Source: Candidatus Hadarchaeota archaeon (GTDB lineage: Archaea > CAYQAE01 > CAYVLA01). Taken from it: a DNA stretch of 64,000 nt. A program made the position numbers and the translations under genes. Positions 57,797 through 64,000 of this stretch are shown piece by piece. Below the pieces are notes generated by a model that saw only the letters and a program-made list of their open reading frames with translations, was not told the origin of the DNA and searched no databases. The stretch's first letter is position 1. Each line of letters begins with the position of its first letter. The stretch spans positions 1-64,000 of the forward strand of contig CAYVLA010000004.1 of NCBI GenBank assembly GCA_964452145.1, given 5' to 3'.

Positions 57797-58582
57797 ATGA
57801 CACGACTGCTTGTTCCGGGCTGGCAGTTTGAGGACGGAGGAATTCGCGGCTACGTAGCCGGGGGTGGTCAACACGGCGTTGAGATCACGGACGCGGGAGA
57901 CGGGCTTCCCGGAACCCGGCCGATGTGCTTGAATCTGGAACACTACTACTCAAGGTCGTGTCGAAGTGGGAGATTCGTCCCGCGTCAGAAGGCGCATGTG
58001 ATCTCCGGCCTGCTCTCCGAGGATGCAGTGCTGACAACGATCGATGCTTTCCAGGCGTGGCAGGTGCGGACGGATATCACATTCAGGGTCCTGCCCGGCC
58101 CACTGATAGAAGCATGCTACCACTTTCGCTTCATGTCTCACTTCGACGGTTTCGAGGCACTCGTCAGCAACTACTTCCTCGACCCAACCCCGCCGTACAT
58201 CCACCTCGGCGGCGTTTGGGTACAACCTTCCATCGGTGACCGTGAGCATCGCTTCTGGGCCAAAGGCCGGGAACAAGCAGAGAACATCAAGGCAGTGTAT
58301 GTCCCCGAGCTGGCGCCCGGCGAGCGCATTGACCTGCATGTCGACGATGACTACTACGACCATCCCATCATGGTGACGCCGGTGAGACAGACTCGCAAAA
58401 GCGTCGTCAACATGGTGGAGTCACGGTTCTGTTCCAGCCTTTCGGCCAACCGTCTGTGGCATGCCCACGATTTCTCGCTTCTTGCAGAGGACGTCGAGCC
58501 GGGCGATGAGATCCTGTGCCGGGCGTGGCTGACGATTTGCGAATTGGAGAGCCTTGACGAGGCAGTAGATGTGTACGAGTAG
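57797..58582 (+). CDS. Hypothetical protein (beta-rich, possibly mutarotase-like fold)
   Basis: 261-aa ORF heading a 3-gene overlapping cluster; LNLEHY and HDFSL motifs. Confidence 0.6.
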   Translation: MTRLLVPGWQFEDGGIRGYVAGGGQHGVEITDAGDGLPGTRPMCLNLEHYYSRSCRSGRFVPRQKAHVISGLLSEDAVLTTIDAFQAWQVRTDITFRVLPGPLIEACYHFRFMSHFDGFEALVSNYFLDPTPPYIHLGGVWVQPSIGDREHRFWAKGREQAENIKAVYVPELAPGERIDLHVDDDYYDHPIMVTPVRQTRKSVVNMVESRFCSSLSANRLWHAHDFSLLAEDVEPGDEILCRAWLTICELESLDEAVDVYE

Positions 58583-60752
58583 GTGTCTAGGATGGGGCCC
58601 CCCTCTCTTCGTGCCGGATACCGATCGCACACGAGCCCCCCAGACGATCCGGCAAGCAATTAAAGGGAGGTCGACGCTCCAGCCATCGCGGGCGATTTGG
58701 TTGATAGAACCTCACACACTCCCTCGGGTTTGGGTCAGACCGGTGAATCCTGAGGAATACCCGGACTTCAGCCAGAAACAGGCTAGGCCGGTGACACGAA
58801 GTGATCTCGGTGACCGTTTCCAGGCCCCCGCCCTCCGGTTCTTCAGATACGACCATCCCCCCGAGGAAGCTCATCACAAGTTCCGCTTGGTAGAGATCGG
58901 GGAGGATCTCGACCTTTACTCCAAGATCCACTCCCTGGGCCAAGTCATCTGGCCCATGTGGCCCTTCCTCTTCGCGGAGAACTGGAAGGAGGCGATCGAC
59001 GAGATCGCCGCAAGGGGCCTGTATCTTTTCGACATCTGGGGATACGTTCCGTCCAACGCCACGGAGCACTACGCGTGGTCGGAGTATCGAGTCTCAGACC
59101 AGATGCACAGCTACATCCTCAGCAGGCTCGGCCACCGCTTTCTGGGTTACGACAACGGTGAACAGGATGGTCGCTATGTTGGCCTCTATGCCAAGCTGGT
59201 CTGTCCCTCTCCCTCAAAGCGCCAGGAGGCCTTCGAGGCCTTCAACCAGTACTTCCGGCAGCTGGGCAATGATCTACAGAACTACCTTGTTGCGCTCAAT
59301 AGCCTGACCTTCTCACACTACTTCGCCAAGATGGGGAACCACCGCCTCTTGGGGGCCGAAACCGCCCAGGGTCTGCCCAGCGTGCCGCCGTGGTATGCCA
59401 TCATTCGGGGGGCGGGCAAGCAGTACGGGATACTCTGGTACGGCAACTCCAGCGTCTTCAACCGCTGGGGTTACAAGTCGATGGACGATCCACAGGAGGA
59501 TGACAGGCGGGAAGGAGGATACCTGCGCGGACCGACCGCGGGGACGAGCATGAGCCTTCTCCGGCGGCTCTGGTATGTGCTTGTCATGTACGGAAGCGTC
59601 ATGATGAGCTTCGAGATGGGTCACCTGGGAAGCAGGAAGGTGGAGATCGTCCTAGACGGGGTGCGAAGGCAGGTGCCGGCCCTTACCGAGATCGGACACG
59701 AGCAGCTCAGAGGAATGAAGTGGTGCGCCGACCATCCTGACCGGGGAGAGCTGCATACCCCCGTTGCACTGATGTGGGACTTCTACGCGGGTTGGGTTCC
59801 TCCGCGCCATCTCTACACCTCCGATACCTACATGGTCTGGGGAAACATGCCCTACGACAAGGGCGACCATCAGATCGACCTCATCTTGCGGGAGCTCTAC
59901 CCAGGCTACGAGGATTCAAGCTTCTACCGCAACGAACGCGGCTTCCTCACTCCCACGCCATGCGGTGACATATTCGATGTCTTGCTGTCGGATGCCCGAG
60001 CCGAGATCATCGACAGATACGAATGCGTACTGGTCCTCGGAGATACTGTGATCCAGGGCGATCTGCTCCAGAGGCTTTCGGATTACCTAGGCCACGGGGG
60101 CCGGATCATTGCATGCGCAAACCAGCTCGGGAGAGATGCGGGTGATCTCTTCGGGGTGGAGGTGGGGGAATCCGATGAGGCGTATCATGCGGTTGTCCAA
60201 GGCCATGAGTGGCCCATAAACGAGCCCACCTTCCGCTTCCACCGCATCATCTGTCAGCCGGGATCGGAGGTGCTTGCCTGGACCCGGCAGGGATACCCCC
60301 TGGCTGCTATGCGTCGAGACGAGGGGGGCGGCTCAACGCTGCTTTTCGCCTCGGACTACATGCTGAGCAACTCGACGCTGTCGATGGACAAGATACACAA
60401 TCTGGTTGACCAGCCACTGCCATCGCCTCACTCGCTTCTCGAGCACGCGAAGGCCCTGTTGCTTCCCCATCTCCGATCCTACAACTTGGTTGTCGTCGAG
60501 GGTCCTCCGATCCAGTACATGGTCAACGTCACGGCCAGGACCGACCGCCTCCTGGTGACGCTCTGCAACAACTCCCCCGAGCCATGGTGCGGCACGATCC
60601 GGCCCAGAGGAGCGACGATCCGGAGGGCCACGAACCTCATGGGTGATGAAGAGATACAGGCTGATCGCCACATTAGATTCGAGATCCCGGCCCTGGATGT
60701 CAGGGTAATCGAGATACTCCTTTCCGAACCCGCGTTCGAGGTGAGAGGGTGA
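58569..60752 (+). CDS. Hypothetical 727-aa protein, putative glycoside hydrolase-like (TIM barrel plus GH42-trimerisation-like domain)
   Basis: GYDNGEQDGRY, GAETAQ, IRGAGKQYG..WYG and TPVALMWD..GW; start uncertain. Confidence 0.7.
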   Translation: MCTSRCLGWGPPLFVPDTDRTRAPQTIRQAIKGRSTLQPSRAIWLIEPHTLPRVWVRPVNPEEYPDFSQKQARPVTRSDLGDRFQAPALRFFRYDHPPEEAHHKFRLVEIGEDLDLYSKIHSLGQVIWPMWPFLFAENWKEAIDEIAARGLYLFDIWGYVPSNATEHYAWSEYRVSDQMHSYILSRLGHRFLGYDNGEQDGRYVGLYAKLVCPSPSKRQEAFEAFNQYFRQLGNDLQNYLVALNSLTFSHYFAKMGNHRLLGAETAQGLPSVPPWYAIIRGAGKQYGILWYGNSSVFNRWGYKSMDDPQEDDRREGGYLRGPTAGTSMSLLRRLWYVLVMYGSVMMSFEMGHLGSRKVEIVLDGVRRQVPALTEIGHEQLRGMKWCADHPDRGELHTPVALMWDFYAGWVPPRHLYTSDTYMVWGNMPYDKGDHQIDLILRELYPGYEDSSFYRNERGFLTPTPCGDIFDVLLSDARAEIIDRYECVLVLGDTVIQGDLLQRLSDYLGHGGRIIACANQLGRDAGDLFGVEVGESDEAYHAVVQGHEWPINEPTFRFHRIICQPGSEVLAWTRQGYPLAAMRRDEGGGSTLLFASDYMLSNSTLSMDKIHNLVDQPLPSPHSLLEHAKALLLPHLRSYNLVVVEGPPIQYMVNVTARTDRLLVTLCNNSPEPWCGTIRPRGATIRRATNLMGDEEIQADRHIRFEIPALDVRVIEILLSEPAFEVRG

Positions 60753-61537
60753 CTCTCCGATACCCGGTAATCAACCCGGCGTACCTGACCGGATCCTTGC
60801 ATGATTGGCGCCTTGATGAGCTCGCGTCCCTTGGCTATGAGGGTCTGGAGATTACGCCGGCCTGCATCGAAACCTCTGCGCTCTGGCAACCCAAAGCTGA
60901 GGCGGTCGGCTTAGCCCCGGTTTGCGTGAACTCCTTGCCCGAGCTGAGACCCTACCTGACGGGCAGCCTCTCGGATGAGGTCGCCTGGCGCAGGCGCGCC
61001 ACGCTGGACAAGCTGTTGAGGGTGCTGGACTGGATGGTCGACAATGGCGTCGGCTTCATGGTCGTGGCGCCGAGCCGTCGTGCCGAGAACTACCAGACCG
61101 AAGCTGAGGCCCGGGTGCTCCTTATCGAAAGCCTCAAGGAGCTGGCCGGGTCGGGCCGATCAACGATCCTTCTCGAAGCTGCCCCCTTCCGCATGTTCTG
61201 CTCGGCCCAGTCTATCAGCGGGATAGTGGATGAGGTGGGGCTGCCGAATCTCGGCGCGGCCCTGGACGTTGGCCATGCCGTCCTGAGCGAGCAGTCTCCG
61301 CTGGAATCGGCGAGAACCCTTGGGTCAAGGCTGAGATACGTCCAGATCAGCGATCAGGATCTTCAACCGGGCGTTCCGCGTCTCGATCGACACCTGCCTC
61401 TGGGCAAGGGATCCCTGAACCGCCGAGAGGTCCAAGAGGCGATCAGGGGTGTCCCCTGGGGGATCACCGTATCCGCACGTCACGACCCGGTTAGTGCCGC
61501 AAGATCGGCTCTGGAATGGCTGCGGGAAGAGGCCTAG
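60749..61537 (+). CDS. Sugar phosphate isomerase/epimerase family protein
   Basis: LGYEGLEI, LLEA, LDVGH and RHLPLGKG; GTGA overlap with the upstream gene. Confidence 0.78.
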   Translation: MTLRYPVINPAYLTGSLHDWRLDELASLGYEGLEITPACIETSALWQPKAEAVGLAPVCVNSLPELRPYLTGSLSDEVAWRRRATLDKLLRVLDWMVDNGVGFMVVAPSRRAENYQTEAEARVLLIESLKELAGSGRSTILLEAAPFRMFCSAQSISGIVDEVGLPNLGAALDVGHAVLSEQSPLESARTLGSRLRYVQISDQDLQPGVPRLDRHLPLGKGSLNRREVQEAIRGVPWGITVSARHDPVSAARSALEWLREEA

Positions 61538-61833
61538 ACGCGATCGAAGACGTGAAGCCCGATCCAAGAACGTGAGTCGAATCCCAGGCAAAAGCTTCAG
61601 CATCCGACGAGGTAATTCCATGCGGTTTTCGGTCGCTGCTGGGTGAAGGGTTTCTCCGGCAAAGATGTGCTTGCTTCTGCTCACAGTCACCGAAGAATGC
61701 ATTCGGGATACCCACCGCATCCCTGTCTGGTTTCCCGACGTGCGCCGGTGCATACTGCACCGATCGAGCCAACAGCCCTTGGCAGATGCGCCCGATGGTG
61801 GCTCGAGTTCAGGCGAGGCGGAACGTTGCGGTC

Positions 61834-62802
61834 TCACGGAAGCTGTTCACGGTATCTCACGGCGACCTTCCTGATCATCACCCAGCAACCCAGGAGAAGG
61901 AGCATTCCGGACAAGATCTGGGCGGCCGTCAGCACCTCGTTCATTATGAGGTAGGCGAAGACGACGGTGAGAAGGGGCTTGAAGGTCATGATGTTTGCCG
62001 GAAGAGTGGTGCCGAGGTGTCTGATCGCCGCGTAGTTCGTGACGTTGCCCAGGCCAACGCAGATGATCCCTGATCCCACAAGGAGCAGATTCGTTCCCCA
62101 CCCCACCGAGGTGACCCTGGTTATGTCACCGAAGAGCAGCACGATGGGCAGGAAGATCGCCGAGGCAAGGAGATGTACGACGGGCATGGCGGCCAGGGCC
62201 TCGAAGTCGTTTACTATCTGTTTGACGTTGACGATGTAGGCTGCCCAGAAGAAGGCCGATACTACCGTCACTAGGACGCCGAGGTTGAACTCGAGATTCA
62301 CCTCGGACGCGCCGAGAACCAGCCCGAACACCCCCGCAGCGATGAGCACGTTGGCCAAGACGAAGTATCCGGATCTCATCACCCTTCTCTCGCTCTCAAA
62401 AAGGGCATATGAGAACAGGACGATGAAGGCTATGCTCATTCTGTTGACCAGGCTCGCCAGGCTTGCGTTCGTCATGTACACGCCCGCCACGCTTGTCACT
62501 TGAAACAGGGAGACCAGAATCGCGGGGAGGACCAGCAGTCTGATCCTGTCTGCAGCCTTGCCCAGGTCATCCCTCATCAGCAGGATGGCCAGGGCCCCCA
62601 GAAATGCAGCGGAGGCAAGATACCTGTAGAAGCTCTGAGTGAAGATGTCGAAGTCGCGGGCAAGCATCTTGATGAATATGGTGGGCCATGCCCATATGAA
62701 GGCCGTCGCCATCGTTGCAGCCAGCCCAAGCCTTCTTCCTTGGGTGGCGATCTCCTCTTGCACACGGTCACCAAGTTTGGCCCAGACACAGGGCCTTTTC
62801 AC
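61834..62802 (-). CDS. DMT/EamA family transporter
   Basis: About 10 TM segments in two EamA repeats (IWAWP, FYRYL, FWAAY, AYLIMNEVLT). Confidence 0.88.
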   Translation of the reverse strand: MKRPCVWAKLGDRVQEEIATQGRRLGLAATMATAFIWAWPTIFIKMLARDFDIFTQSFYRYLASAAFLGALAILLMRDDLGKAADRIRLLVLPAILVSLFQVTSVAGVYMTNASLASLVNRMSIAFIVLFSYALFESERRVMRSGYFVLANVLIAAGVFGLVLGASEVNLEFNLGVLVTVVSAFFWAAYIVNVKQIVNDFEALAAMPVVHLLASAIFLPIVLLFGDITRVTSVGWGTNLLLVGSGIICVGLGNVTNYAAIRHLGTTLPANIMTFKPLLTVVFAYLIMNEVLTAAQILSGMLLLLGCWVMIRKVAVRYREQLP

Positions 62803-62813
62803 TGGCTGAACGC

Positions 62814-62850
62814 GCGGTGTTCATTTATTGTTCCTTGAGCAGAACACCGC
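62814..62850. promoter_or_regulatory. Inverted repeat flanking the putative TATA box of the EamA gene
   Basis: GCGGTGTTC-N19-GAACACCGC enclosing minus-strand CAATAAAT. Confidence 0.5.
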
Positions 62851-63468
62851 TTCTCGTAGCGCCTTCTGTCCAAGTAACCAGCATTATGCGGTGCCCGATC
62901 CTTCTTCTTAGGGCTGCCCTCGCGTATGTGGGCCCAGTCTTCGAGCAATTCAGGCTAAGGCGAGACTGGTTCATCGAGACCAAGTGGACACGGTTCTCCA
63001 AGCAACCAAGCCGGCTCGGTCATCGTCCTTAGCTTAAGCCTGAAAGCTTGCAGGGCTCGACAGAGACTCGTCCAGAATATCCTGATCAAGGTCGCTTAGC
63101 TTTCCGCAGTTGCTCCCCACCACACCGCCGAAGCCCCACGTGTCTCCCCATCTCCAGTTAGACCAGACCCGTGGTCGTCTTCGAGGGATGAGGCGATGTC
63201 TCGGATGGGCTCGGCTGACTACGATTTCACCCGGGCCGCCTGCCGGAAGATGCATGGAGAGGGTATACGTCTTGCTGTTTCATACGAAGAGTCCAGATAG
63301 GTGCTGTCCAAGGTATGGACAGAGTCAAGCTATCTGGTCAAGCCTCAATAATTGGCTAGCTTCGCGAGCACCAAGCCGCCCTGTCCCGTAACGGCCCGCC
63401 GCTTGTGGGATGCCGATACGCCAGCCGAGTGTTGTAAGTCGAGGCGGGAACAGGCCGACCTGAGGAGG

Positions 63469-64000
63469 TCAGGACCTCCGGGTCCCACGCACGGTCAGCA
63501 TGCCCCCTGCCAAGATCGAAAGCCACAGGAACGGCTCGGGCACCTGGTCCTCGCCTTCAGCCGGACTGATCAGATCCCCCCTGAAGGCCCACACCTCCTT
63601 CACGCCCTCTGCTTTCTCAAGGTCATAGGGCGAGATCCCGGACACCTTGACCCAGTAGGAGTAATCCTCATTCACATACACGCTTGCCTCGGCAATGAGG
63701 GTCGCGTTGAACATCTCCTTCAACTTTGCCCACTCTTCGGGGGTGGGCTCGTGATCGAAGACGACCACATAGCCGTACAACCAGGGCATCTCCTCCTCGC
63801 CCGGCCTCTCTGGCTCCTCGCCGGGCTCGGCCGGGGAGATCAGCTTTTCTGCCATCGCCCTAGCCTCCAATGCCACGTTCAAGGCCTCATCGTAATTTCC
63901 ATCGTCGAGCAGGATCTGGGCCCGGTCAAGCAGAACCAGAACTTCTGACAGGTTGGCCTCCAGCCCCTGCTTTCTAATCATCTCCCTGGTCTCGTTGATT
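63469..64000 (-). CDS. C-terminal part of a cell-surface protein with a PEP-CTERM-like anchor (5' end outside window)
   Basis: Frame open to the window end; ends QVPEP-FLWLSILAGGMLTV-RGTRRS*. Confidence 0.7.
   Translation of the reverse strand, partial: INETREMIRKQGLEANLSEVLVLLDRAQILLDDGNYDEALNVALEARAMAEKLISPAEPGEEPERPGEEEMPWLYGYVVVFDHEPTPEEWAKLKEMFNATLIAEASVYVNEDYSYWVKVSGISPYDLEKAEGVKEVWAFRGDLISPAEGEDQVPEPFLWLSILAGGMLTVRGTRRS

Noticed and set aside
1..64000. CRISPR array, rRNA, IS/transposase, integrase, or recognisable defence or viral genes
   Set aside because: No regularly spaced repeats, rRNA-like sequence or such protein motifs were seen by eye.

Overview
GC-rich archaeal chromosome segment, probably from an uncultured anaerobic lineage; the taxon cannot be assigned from this window alone. 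Archaeal markers are mat, ftr, sepS, taw1, nreA, top6A, two BHB-intron tRNA genes and the rpl15e/RNase P/exosome superoperon. That superoperon lacks psmA and imp4 here. Around the core lies a large carbohydrate-catabolism repertoire: four Gfo/Idh/MocA oxidoreductases, two URO-D/MtaA-like proteins, two TIM-barrel sugar isomerases, GH4, GH89, a fucose/arabinose isomerase and several large GH-like orphans. The most notable observations are (1) three unlinked paralogs of an uncharacterised signal-peptide, membrane-anchored surface protein family with a conserved EW-containing TM helix and RR(R/K)(L/I)YRE tail; (2) tRNA-Leu(UAG) with two introns whose splice motifs overlap; (3) a Cys-motif HTH regulator beside a perfect inverted repeat, divergent from an orphan plus methyltransferase operon; (4) a multi-Cys/His finger-methyltransferase fusion; (5) a PurF lacking the catalytic Cys; (6) an Ftr with a CxxC insertion; and (7) a VPEP-type C-terminal sorting signal. 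No CRISPR array, rRNA, transposase or integrase was seen. All family calls are by motif recognition, not database search.
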